Source: Octopus sinensis (lineage: Eukaryota). Taken from it: 64,000 nt of DNA. Below, piece after piece: positions 37,871 through 50,596 of the stretch (within the stretch, counting starts at the first letter, position 1; each line of letters begins with the position of its first letter). The translations under genes and the position numbers were made by a program. The stretch lies in NCBI RefSeq assembly GCF_006345805.1, contig NC_043018.1, positions 25,668,001 through 25,732,000 of the forward strand. Direction: 5' to 3'. The notes beneath the pieces are model-generated. The model saw only the letters and a list, made by a program, of their open reading frames with translations. It was not told where the DNA came from and searched no databases.

Positions 37871-38578
37871 TATATATATATAGATATATATATATATATA
37901 ACCAAAGTTGATACCGGCGGAACTGGAAAATCACAATGTAAGAAGTCAACTACTATCACTACTACTATGCTGCTGCTGCTACTATCGTTTCAAGATCACA
38001 TGACATGATGAACAACAGATTAATGATATACATTTCAGTTTTTACGTTTGTTTCGGTCCTTATCAGGAGACAGGTAAAACAAAGAAAATGTAAAGAACGA
38101 AAAAAAAAAAGAAAAAAGAAGTAACAAACATAATTTTAAATATACAATCTAAAAAAAAAAATATACTACATTTCACAGAAGGTGAAAAAAAATAAATAAC
38201 AAAATGTCTTCTCCCTCCATAGAAATGTAAAATATAAAAAAAAGGAGAAGGCCAAAGAGAAACGATTTATTCTTAGAGAAAAGCTTATAATAAGTATCTA
38301 TGTATGTATCTATATATGTATGTATGTATGTATGTATATATATATATGTATATATATATATGTATATAAATACATATGCATATATATACGTGTATGTGTG
38401 TATGCATGTCTATCTAATCTATCTATCTATCTATCTATCTATCTATTATCTCTATATTCTATACACATATTTGAGTTTATGTATGTATGTGTATATATAC
38501 ATGAATGTTGGTGTGTGTATGTATGTATAAATATCTATCTAGCAATTTGACTATTTATCTATAATGTATATCTATATA

Positions 38579-38630
<52 letters not shown>

Positions 38631-38724
38631 TATATATATATATATAATGTATAAGTCCATGCATATATATATGTTTATAATATGCATATATATATAGATA
38701 CTAGTATATATATATGTATACATT

Positions 38725-38779
<55 letters not shown>

Positions 38780-38917
38780 CATACATATGTATATATATAC
38801 ATATATATGTATGTAGGTATATATATATAATATATATTATTATATATACATATATACACACATATATATACATACATACATATATACAAATATAAATAAA
38901 ATATAAATATAAAATAA

Positions 38918-38950
<33 letters not shown>

Positions 38951-38963
38951 GATATATATATAT

Positions 38964-39023
<60 letters not shown>

Positions 39024-39212
39024 TTATTATATATATGTAGGTATAACGGAAAAAAAAAGGAAAGTGGAAAATTTAAGATAAAGGAAAAAAAGATTGATCT
39101 GGGTTTTCGCAATCTGATTGCGATTTCTTACAGATTTGGGAAGGAGAATTGTTTGTGTATGTTTAGGGGAGATATAATTTCATTAGATAAGCCACACAAT
39201 ATGTGTAGGTAT

Positions 39213-39258
<46 letters not shown>

Positions 39259-39359
39259 ACACATGTGTATAAATGTATATATTAGTATGAAATATGCTTA
39301 TTTATGTTTGAATAAAATGTATCTATCATATATAGTTGTATGTATTCATATATTTGTAC

Positions 39360-39396
<37 letters not shown>

Positions 39397-39468
39397 AACG
39401 CACATAACACATATTAGCACTCACACACACACACATTCACACACGCATATGTATGTGTGCGTGTGTGG

Positions 39469-39502
<34 letters not shown>

Positions 39503-39753
39503 TCATGAAAGAAAATAGGCAATCATATTTCTTAATGGCTGCTGTATCTAGTTGATAAAATAACGCAGCTGATCTCCTGTTACATAATCACAACTAGCAG
39601 ACATAACCAAGTAAATTCATATAACATTCAGAATAGAGTTATCTGCGTGGCCGGCTACAGTGGCTTGCTGTCGACCAGATAAAGAAAAAGAAAAAAAAAT
39701 GGAAAGAACGAACGAATTTATCTGACAATCGAATATCATCATCATCATCACCA

Positions 39754-39784
<31 letters not shown>

Positions 39785-40089
39785 CTCCTGGACGTTACTG
39801 TCTCGAGTCCTGAGACTCACAGAGCTGGGAATCCAGCTTCCAAGGCGTTCAAGTGACTGATATCACAACATCTCTCCTGGATAGAACGCCAGTCGGTCGT
39901 ATGATTACTCATTTATCGCCGAGTGGATGGGATCAGCGTGCAACAAAGTGTTTTGCTCGAAAATACAACGTACAACCCCGTCCTGGTTTTGAAACCATGA
40001 TCTTGAAATCGTCAGTGCAACATGCCTAACCACAAGGCCATGCTCCCAAGAATTCTTGGTTTAGTTTAACAGGAGAATGTATGATGCGC

Positions 40090-42480
40090 ATTCCTTAAGT
40101 ATTGAGACGTTTTTAGGAGTGGCATTTATTATTGTCTTAGAATATGGTATTTTTAGCATGGCATGACATCTTATACATCTAACAAGCTGACCTACCAATT
40201 TTTATAATTCCAAATTGAAGGAGATGGTTTCAACAGTACTTTCAACGCACACCACGCCCTACTAAGCACTTTGTCACAGTTGACCAGTTTGCACCATGCA
40301 GTCGGGACTTCCGGAAGCTCGCAATGTTAATAAAGTTTGGTGCTAAGCTGAGTAAAACCGCTACAGAATCTTTTAATGGAGTGACCTTTTCGCTGGCACA
40401 AGAGGCTCAAGAATGGTAGACAGGAGGTGAGAGACGATCAGAATTGAGGGAAGAAGAGCGACGTCAGAACACCAGAGCTGGTTGAGAAAATTCGCAATTT
40501 TCTTGATGAAGATCTTCGTGCGTCTATAAAGACTTAAAGGCGGCGAGCTGTCAGAAACTTTAGCACGCCGGGCGAAATGCTTAGCGTTATTTCGTCTGTC
40601 GTTACGTTCTGAGTTCAAATCCCGCCGAGGTCGACTTTGCCTTTCATCCTTTCGGGGTCGATAAATTAAGTACCAGTTTCGCACTGGGGTCGATGTAATC
40701 GACTTAATCTCTTTGTCTGTCCGTGTTTGTCCCCTCTATGTTTAGCCCCTTGTGGGCAGTAAAGAAATAGGAGTGGCTGTGTGGTAAGTAGCTTGCTAAC
40801 CAATCACATGGTTCCGGGTTCAGTCCCACTGCGTGGCATCTTGGGCAAGTGTCTTCTGCTATAGCCCAGGGTCAACCAATGCTTTGTGAGTGGATTTGGT
40901 AGGCGGAAACTTAAAGAAGCCTGTCGTATATATATATGTATGTGAGTGTGTTTGTGTGTCTGTGTTTGTTCCCCTAGCATTGCTTGACAACCGATGCTGG
41001 TGTGTTTACGTCCCCGTCACTTAGCGGTTCGGCAAAAGTGACCGATAGAATAAGTACTGGGCTTACAAAGAATAAATCCTGGGGTCGATTTGCTCGACTG
41101 AAGGCGGTGCTCCAGCATGGCCGCAGTCAAATGACTGAAACAAGTAAAAGAGTAAAAGAGTATACAGTTTGGAATTGGTATCCGGTAAGTTTGCCGCAAA
41201 CATTTTTGCCGCAAACATTTTTGCCGCAGGAAAATTTGCCTCAGGATTATTGGCTGCAGGAAAATTCGCTGCGTAGGAAATTATGCTGCAAGACAGTTTC
41301 ACCGGAAAAAAGATGAATTGTTTCTTAGGTATATCATTGTTTCAACCAACTTATCTATTAGATTACTAGAATCAAACAGTCGTAAACTAAGTTTCCCGCA
41401 TAGGAAAATGCCGTGAAGCATTTGGTTTTGTTGTTAAATTCTACGTCTGTTTGATAGCGACTTTAAACTTATATCCACAATGTGGCGGTGGATATTCTTA
41501 GCCATATGAAATAACTTGTTATAGATGTTGTTGGAAATATATCACAGAAAGCATTGCTAATTGCTTTGTGCTAGTTCCCACTTGATAAACCATTGTAATG
41601 GGTTGGCTACACACATAAAAATATTGTCGAATGAATAAATAAATTTTAAATGAGTTAAGAAATTACATTACCTCTTCTTATTGGTTTGTCTAATAATTAA
41701 ATAAATAAGTTGGTTGAAACAATTATATACCAGGGGAGCAGTTCCTTTTTTTTTCCGTGAAATTGTCTTGCAGCAAAATTTCTTATGCGGCGGGGAAAAA
41801 TTTGACAAGTCAGTCAGTCACCGGCTGACACTCGCTGACGATACATCGAAGAGGCCAGGGAACAGAAGAAAGAAGACGTGCATCCAATACCAGAGCTGAA
41901 GAGACCTCCGAAAGGGGGGGGGGGGCGCCACGTCAAAACGGTAGTGGTGTAGGGGCCGAAACCGGTGTGGTTCCTCCTGATGATGTCTTGAGCTAACTGG
42001 ATCCTATAAAGATGTTGTGGTAGCAGACCACGAAACACGGTTGTAATTCCTCAGGTCAAAAATCCTGAGGTGAATTTTCCTGCTGCAAAAATGTTTGCGG
42101 CAAACTTTTCTAGAATCTTTGGAATTGGTGTGGCAACTGTACACAGAACCATTCATGAAGATCTGAAAATATGGAAAATGTGTGCGAATTTTGGTGATGA
42201 GCGTCCTTGTAACCAAGTACTTGACAGAGATGGGCATCACAACTGCCCCTTTCCCTCCCTTCAGTCCAGACTTTGCTCCCTGGACTTTTGGTTGTTCTCC
42301 AATCCGAAGAAGAATCTCTGAGGCAGTCGTTCTGAAGACATTGAGGAGATGAAGGAGGCTGTAACATGGGTCCTGAATGCCTTCACTTTGAAGGGCTTCG
42401 ATGGGGCCTTCACGAAATGGCTGGAGCACTACAACAAGTGCATCATAATCAGAGGATCTTACTTGGAATAAGATTAGCAT
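40090..42480 (+). mobile_element. Non-autonomous mariner interrupted by SINE B (~40537-40768), SINE A (~40769-41160) and a MULE-like element
   Basis: IKFGAKLSKTATES...SIKT | FGIGVATVHRTIHEDL...LDFWLFSNPKKNL.GSRSEDIEEMKEAV...KWLEHYNKCI..RGSYLE reads through once the inserts are removed. Confidence 0.8.
41177..42117. mobile_element. Mutator-like non-autonomous TIR element, 941 bp
   Basis: Perfect 9-bp TSD TTTGGAATT (41168-41176, 42118-42126); inverted AAGTTTGCCGCAAACATTTTTGC.GCAGGAAAATT termini starting with G. Confidence 0.85.
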
Positions 42481-43391
42481 TTTATAATACCAGACACACA
42501 AAATGGTATTATAAAGTTAATTTAATCGTAGAATATAGATTTGTGGTTTAATACGATACACTTCAATACTAGCAGCTGTGGTTACGTATAAAACATTCTC
42601 CTAAAACGAAAATTAATATAATTTGAGTAATTACTTTTCTCTGTATTAATACATAATTATTTAACTTGTCTAATTTACTTCTACGCACTTAAAAACGCCT
42701 CTCTTGAAAAAAAATTTTGAAATTTATAAACATCTCTTGTGAAAAAGTCTGAAAACTTCTGGAATGAATCTTGTATAATAGTAAATAGTGTGATGCGAGG
42801 AAGACTTCAGTTTTACAGTTCTGATGATTTATTATTGATTAAATGTGTGTAAAATACGATAATATTATTATTGATTAAAATGTTTAAAATATGGTTAGTG
42901 TCGCCTTTCAATGGCAATTATATATATATTACATACATAAATACATACGCACACACACACACACACACACACACCACACATATATATATCTATCTATCTA
43001 TATATAGACGTATATATATATGTATATGTTTATATATTTATATATATGTATATATATATATACTTACCTATATATCTGTATACTTATATATATACTACTA
43101 TATGCTTATATATATATATGTAGTATTAATATATATATATATATATATATAAATATATATATACATATATACTATATATTGTACATATATAACATATATA
43201 TATATAATATATACATACATATTTATATATGTATGTATATATGTACATATATATATAAGTATGTATATATGTACATTTATATATAATATATACATATATA
43301 TTACTAATATATATGTACATATATACGTATATTATATATATACACACATATATATATAACACACACATATATATACACACATACATACTAC

Positions 43392-43425
<34 letters not shown>

Positions 43426-44073
43426 CTATATATATATATATATATTATATATAATTATATATAATATGTATGTATATATATATCACTGTGTCTGAAAACA
43501 GCGGCGACATGCAAAATGAAGAAAAAACTACTTAAATGCGATCTCTCGATATCTCTTCCTATCTTTGCTACGCATAATGGACGAAAGCCAATTAAATTGT
43601 TTCAATTTTAACTTTAGGATGAGGATTTTATACATACGACAATTACCGTTAGATATTTATGCGTATGAAGCTATTAAGTACGTAAAGGTAAATTATACTA
43701 GTTAAATAATTATCTTTTAGTACAGAGGAAAATAATGACGCAAATTATATTAATTTTCGTTTTAGGAGAATGTTTTATACGTAACCACCGTTGCTAGTAT
43801 TGAAGTGTATCGTATTAAACCATAAAGCTATATTCTACGATTAAATTAACTTTATGATACCATTTTGTGTGCCTGGTATTATTTCTGTGTAGTGTTAGCA
43901 GCATTTAGGCGGCAAACTAGTAAAGTAATTAGGGTGTCGAATACAATGCTTTATCGCAGCGGCCCTCATTCTTTCTTTTTTCATCACAGAACGGTTTAGT
44001 GCAAGATAATGTATCCACAGATCACTCGCTTAACATAAAATAATAAGGTGCATAATATATAATTTATTACGTG

Positions 44074-45150
44074 TTTATCTCCACTTAAGCGTGGATGTTA
44101 TGTTAGAAAAAACTATACTGTAGTAATTACATGAGAGAGAGACTCATATTGGCTTTTGGTGCACAATGCTTTCTTACTTATGTCGCTTGCGGGGAGATAA
44201 ATCCTCACCACCCTCAGAGCTAAGACTATCAGATCATGTAATTTCGACCTCCTTTGGTTTTGTCAATGATGGATGCTTCGCCACTTGAGACAGCAGTGAA
44301 TCATCTCCCTGCCAACAATATAAAGAACAGGCGCTGGCGTGGCAATAAGCCAGTGAGCTTGCTCAAAAAATATTTATTAATGACAGAGGCGGTAATAATA
44401 CTAAGAGGTAATATTTATCCCCACTCAAACGTGGGTGTTCTGTTAGAACAAACTATACTGTGATATTTACCTATTTCTTTATTACCCACAAGAGGCTAAA
44501 CACAGAGGGGACAAACAAGGACAGACATAGGTATTAAGTCGATACATCGACTCCAGTGCGTAACTGGTACTTAATTTATCGACCCCGAAAGGATGAAAGG
44601 CAAAGTCGACCTCGGCGGAATTTGAACTCACAACGTAACGCAGACGAAATACCACTAAGCATTTCGCCCGGCGTGCTAACGTTTCTGCCAGCTCGCCGCC
44701 TTTATATACTGTGATATTTACCATGAGAGAGACTCTCTTATATTGGCTTTTGGTGCAAAATGCATGCTTGTTTATATTGTTAGCAGGGGAGATAAATCCC
44801 TGGCACCTCCAGTGCCAAGACCACCAAATCACACGATTTTGACCTTCCTTAGTCTTGTCAATGATGGAAACTCGACCGCTAGAGATAACAGCAGCTTATC
44901 TCCCCTGCCAGTGATATATAGATTAACAGTGCCAGAACAGGCACCGGTGCTGTAATTAACCAGTGAGATTGTTAAAAAATGTTTATTAGCGACAGAGCCA
45001 ATATTAAAACCGAGAGCTAATATTTATCCCTACTCAAACATGGGTGTTCTGTTAGAACAAACTATACTACTGTATTTACCATGAGAGACACTCTCATATT
45101 GGCTTTTGGTGCAAAATGAAGTCTTGCTTATATCGCTGACGGGGAGATAA
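44074..45150. repeat. ~340-bp tandem duplication (about 2.4 units), second unit carrying a SINE B
   Basis: TTTATC.CCAC..AA.CGTGG.TGTT.TGTTAGAA.AAACTATACTG starts at ~44074, ~44414 and ~45022. Confidence 0.85.
44472..44704 (-). mobile_element. SINE family B with an 18-bp TSD
   Basis: TATACTGTGATATTTACC at 44454-44471 and 44705-44722. Confidence 0.93.
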
Positions 45151-45991
45151 TTACATAAAAATACATATATACATGTTTATTACATATATAATACATATAT
45201 AAGACAAAATCACCCCGAAGGCCGCAATAATAGAAATAAAATTTAAAATTCAAAATTTTGAAATAGAAATAAAATTTGAAAATTATTCTTTCTGCGAGTC
45301 TCGGTACCAAAGGATCCGCGCCCCCGTAGTTGGGAACGCCTGCATTACTGTATATTTCCTCCCTATCGACACTCTGCGTTCAAATCCCGTTGAGGTCAAT
45401 TTATACGTAGTTATGTACAGAGGTAAACATTTTTTTCTTTTTCTGGAATCGGCTGTGAGACCCTAACAGCGTCTCTTTCTTTATAAGTGGAGAAAGATTG
45501 AACGAGTGAGGATGCTTGCTGGAAGCCTCTTGTCATAGAGAAAATTCCAAGTGTTTCAGGAATCGTCAAAAGAAGGTAAAAAAAATAAAGAAATGATTAA
45601 GTGCTCAAATTCTATAAATAATCAAAGTTTTATAAGGAGTTTTAAAGAACAATAATATAGAAAAAATCCAGAAAAATATCTATATTCTCCAGAATATGTA
45701 ATTTGAGGACTTAAGATGGGGTAGCGATACGAAGGCAGCGTAATGATGCAGTAAGGAGCAGGAAAAGTACTGAGGAACTAGGTTAAGTGTAGGAATTTTA
45801 AGTACAGCATCATATCACTTAACAATAAAGAAAAAGCATAGCAAAACATAAACATTTCCCCCCACGCTATAATTATAATAAAATATTGAACAAGAATGAC
45901 ATCAAAAATTCATGACATTTTCTTTTGCGTTATTCTGTTTTTCATGGAAATTGGGAGAGAGATGAGATGGAAAGGAGAGTTGTGCGTGTAT

Positions 45992-46033
<42 letters not shown>

Positions 46034-46620
46034 ATACTATATATAATATATATATATATATATATTTATTTATTTATAGATATATGTGGGTGTGTGTAGG
46101 AAATGTTTATTTTTTTACTATTTTTTTTATTATATCATGTTATATGTATAATTCTAAGCTCCCCCCGCATAGCTACCCTCTTAAGGTATCAAATTAAAAT
46201 ATTTTGTACGATATTGATTTTTCTTTCCATACGCTCTCTTATCGTAGTCCAGATCTTGTAAAACTTCAATTATTTTGAGATCGTATACTTTATGCACTTA
46301 ATGGCCCACGTATGAATAATAACAGTTAAATAAAACCTTATCATAAAATTTCATTGCAGATTTTACATTTGTGCACTTAATATAGCAAACTCATAAATAA
46401 TAACAACAGTAGCATGTGTGAAAAGCTTTCTTAAAATTACAATTAGAATTAAAATAAATATAATTTGCTTCTTAATTTTTTCCTGTACTTCAAGACGCAT
46501 CGACGCATCTTTACTTGCAGTGTTTACCGTCGTGTTGTCAATACCAGATACACAGATACAATATTAGTTGAATGTTTAAGATGTTCGTTTCGTAATCAAG
46601 TGATTCAGGGTTTGATACAT

Positions 46621-46850
46621 ATTTCTTTACTACCCAACAAGGGGCTAAACACAGAGGGGACAAACAAGGACAGACACACGGATTAAGTCGATTATATCGA
46701 CTCCGGTGCATATCTGGTACTTATTTAATCGACCCCGAAAGGATGAAAAGCAAAGTCGACCTCGGCGGAGTTTGAACTCTGAACGTAGCGGCAGACGAAA
46801 TACTGCTAAGCATTTCGCCCAGCGTGCTAACGATTCTGCCAGCTCGCCGC
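46621..46850 (-). mobile_element. SINE family B
   Basis: Full-length match to other copies. Confidence 0.9.
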
Positions 46851-47254
46851 TCGGGGTTTGATACCATTGCGTAGAATCATAGGCAAATGCCATTTTCTAT
46901 AGCTTCTAGTCAGCCTGCATTTTGTGAGTGAAATTCGGTAAACGAAAACTGTACAGAACCTAGAACCATATGGTTAGGAAACGAATCTTTCACCATACAA
47001 CCACGTCCATTCACTTTTTACTAGTTCAAGATGGACGAAGGGTCATATCCTTGACCATTGCACAACAGACCCTCTAAGACTGGTGAGCTTGATGCGATTA
47101 ATGTTTCGTTTATAGTATATATACCAAGCATGGACAACCTTTTCCAGGAAGCGGGCCGCATGAGACACAGTTCATCACCAGGCGGGCCGCACTACAAAAA
47201 AAATTCAACGTAATTTTAATAAACGTTAATTTCTTCGTAAAAGTTGTCGTGCCT

Positions 47255-47498
47255 TCTCTTTACTCTTTACTCTTTTACTTGTTTCAGTCATTTGACTGTG
47301 GCCATGCTGGAGCACCGCCTTTAGTCGAGCAAATCGACCCGAGGACTTATTCTTAGTAAGCCTAGTACTTATTCTATCGGTCTTTTTTGCCGGACTGCTA
47401 AGTTACGGGAGCGTAAACACACATGCATTGGTTGTCAAGCGATGTTGGGGGGACAAACACAGACACACAAACTTATACACACACATACATATACACAC

Positions 47499-47553
<55 letters not shown>

Positions 47554-47718
47554 CGACAGGCTTCTTTAAGTTTACGCCTACCAAATCCACTGACAAGGCT
47601 TTGGTCGGCCCGAGGCTATAGTAGAAGACACTTGCCCAAGGTGCCACGCAGTGGGACTGAACCCGGAACCATGTGGATTGTAAGCAAGCTACTTACCACA
47701 CAGCCACTCATGCGCCTA
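47255..47718 (-). mobile_element. SINE family A
   Basis: Full-length match, expanded (CA)n centre. Confidence 0.9.
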
Positions 47719-47769
47719 CCATTTAGAAAAATCCCTTGGGTCGATGTTTGCCCGTGGCTAGTTTAAACT

Positions 47770-48185
47770 GTTGCAGTACCTATTTTTGCTGTTGTTCTTT
47801 AGTAAATGCTGTCTGAAGAGACCAAACTACATTCGAAAGCTGCCGATGCCGATTTCAAGCTTCGATTTCCTTCGTCTCTTCTTAGGTGGAGGCTGTCGAT
47901 ATCACTGTTTCTGTGGAAGTTTCTAGTTGATGTCAGGATCTTGTGGATTTTAATGTCTATGATGTGGGTTTCCTCTAAAGGCCAGTCTCAGATATCCCAC
48001 ATCTTAGGAATCAGCATTGATACTGCAAATGCATTGTGGGATATTGTTTTGTAAAAGGAGAGTCTCATATTCTCGTAAGCCTGGTATGATATTCTCGGGA
48101 TACTGTATCTGTGCTGGCAGCATCTTCCTATGGTATGTTTTCATCAATGCCTTGGTTCTTGTAACTTTTTTCATCAATGTCTATG
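47770..48185 (-). mobile_element. R4/Dong-like non-LTR RT fragment, degraded
   Basis: DEKSYK.QGIDENI...GI.DWPLEE..IIDIKIHKILTSTRNFHRNSDIDSLHLRRDEGNRSL resembles the R4-clade YKYLG...FHP.SD.DRLY..R..GGRGL region. Confidence 0.7.
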
Positions 48186-48556
48186 TATGTATGTATGTAT
48201 GTATGAATGTATGTATGTATGTATGTATGTATGAATGTATGTATGTATGTATGTATGTATGTATCTATCTATCTATCTATCAATCTATCTATCAATCTAT
48301 CTATCTATCTATCTATCTATCTATTATATCTATCTATCACAATGGACGGACGCTAGTCATATCGGCTCCAAGTAAGTTGGCCACTTTTACATGTTTAAAA
48401 CTCCTTGTTGTCAAATATTTTGTTGTAATCATTGTGCAAATTCATTCACTAAAAAACCTGAGAATTATTCACGTAGAATTCCGCCCCTGTATGGGCGAAA
48501 TTACAAAAAAACTTTCAAAACTTTCGTGGGTTTTTTAGCCATTTTTCATTTTGAAA

Positions 48557-50569
48557 ATGGCAACTAGAAACCACGTGGCTAGCCCGCCAGTCATGCAGAA
48601 CGGTAGCAAAACACTATTGCTACCACTAGCTGCTAAACATCGCAGCGTGAACACCGCTGTCACCACCATCACCACCACCAACAACAACAACAACAAATCT
48701 AACGTCGCATTCACCATCGCCGCGACCAAAGACATTAACTTAGATTTCCCCTCACTCCCCATACCACTTGTTGATGATAAAGGGACAGAGAGAAAGGGAT
48801 TTCAAAAATGAATACAAACGAAAACATGAAATGCCAGCACCACCACCATCACCACCAACAACAACAACAACGAAATTGGCACAAAGCCGCCTACCAAAGA
48901 CAACACCGCCAACACCAACACCACTACTACGACGTCAAATGCTACATCCAAGCCTTCTGCTGCTAATACCGCCAACACCAACACCACTACCATGACTTCA
49001 ATTAACACTGCCACAATTAACACTTCTACTGCCAAATTCAAAACGAATTTTGCGGACGTAACAAAACAAAAAAGAACAATTGTAACATTCACCACACAAA
49101 GAGATAAACCGCACAAAGGCACTCTTCTCCAAAGAAGGAGACAAATTGCACCTTCATATTCCACAACACATCGTGGAAAACACGCAAAAAAAAACAATAA
49201 TTATAAAGTAATAAACAAAAAAAACAAGAAGAACAGAAAATGCACCGCAGGAAAAAATCGATAAATGCCTTCGTCCTGTATGGGACTCCAAGGAATATAT
49301 CAGTTGGGGAAACAAATTTGGTACAGTCCAAGTACGTTTCCTCAACGAAAGTTTAGCAAAACGTTTTTCCACATTGGAGAGCTACATTCGGACGACTTGG
49401 TAATGATACCAGTCTATTTAAACAAAAGGGTCACGAAAGTCCAAATAAAAAAACATACCATTTGATGTCGAAACACAATGGGTGGTCTCTGCCATCTGCT
49501 TTGAAATGTCAGAGACAATGTCAGAGACAAACATCCTGGAAATCGCGGTTCTAGGAGAGAAAGACTATGTGGGCAAATCAATCGAATTCCTGCTTCAATT
49601 GGATGAAGCAGCAGAAGAGAGAAGATACCCACCGCTATAGAACTGCCAGGAGGCTACAAACTCTATATAGTGGTAGAGGGCAGGCGACCACGCTGCTATT
49701 TGTGTGGAAGCGAAACACACTTGAAAAAGACGTGCCCAACCACTGCACACCCATAGAGCAACAACAACAACCACTACCACAACCAAAGCACTCCGGAAAA
49801 AAAGCTCTACTACCCACACCACCATCAACACAGAAGACGACAAGAGAAGCACACCAAGCTAATCCGTCATCAACCAAAAACCACTCGACACCTGGAAAAA
49901 TACCAACACTACCATCAACAGCAAACCCAAAGGAACAGAAAAACAAAGAAACACACACAAACTGATCCCCCATCCCTTATACCGCACTCAACACACACAA
50001 ACACTCAACAACCAACAACAACGAAAACAACAACACAACCACTTACACAGACATACATAGAAGCCCACAACATACCCCTACCCCCTTCTGATTCCTCAGA
50101 AATTTCGTCGGAAGACGAAACCAGTGAGGAATGGCAAATAGCTACAAAAAGAAGGAAAATAAAGAGCAGAAACACAACCAAACCAAATGCAAACACGAAC
50201 AAAGCAGGGGGAAATACATCTCCGAAGACATTTCAAAACCAACGCAAACAACAGCCACACCAACACCACAAAAACATATACAGCAAACATGCTCACAGCC
50301 ATAGACACCAAAAACACAAATTTGATGGAATACATCCAATCAAAAACAAACATAACAGAAGATGACATAAAAACAAACAACCACCCATACACAACACCAC
50401 CAGACCACATCAAAATAATACACTCTCCAAAAGTCTGCACCACACACTCAAAGGCATTTTCCCCAGTGCGGTTGGTAAATGCCAAAAATATCTCACAAAG
50501 AAACTGTACTGGGATCTTCTCGAGGACAAACCAACGGAGGAGAAGCAAAAACTTTCGAGCAGTAAGTAA
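48557..50569 (+). pseudogene. Tx1 ORF1 (gag-like, CCHC zinc knuckle), frameshifted
   Basis: CYLCGSETHLKKTC at 49694-49735, preceded by LYIVVEGRRPR; T/P/N-rich low-complexity linkers. Confidence 0.8.
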
Positions 50570-50596
50570 CCCTCTGTATTCTAATTCATTAGAACT

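Noticed and set aside
38045-38070. CTGATAA-GGACC-GAAAC on the minus strand
   Set aside because: G8 is mutated, stem II is implausible and stem I is not adjacent
47812-47845. CTGAAGA...GAAAGCT hammerhead-like match
   Set aside because: Only a 2-bp stem II, a CUG rather than NUH site, and it lies antisense in LINE coding sequence
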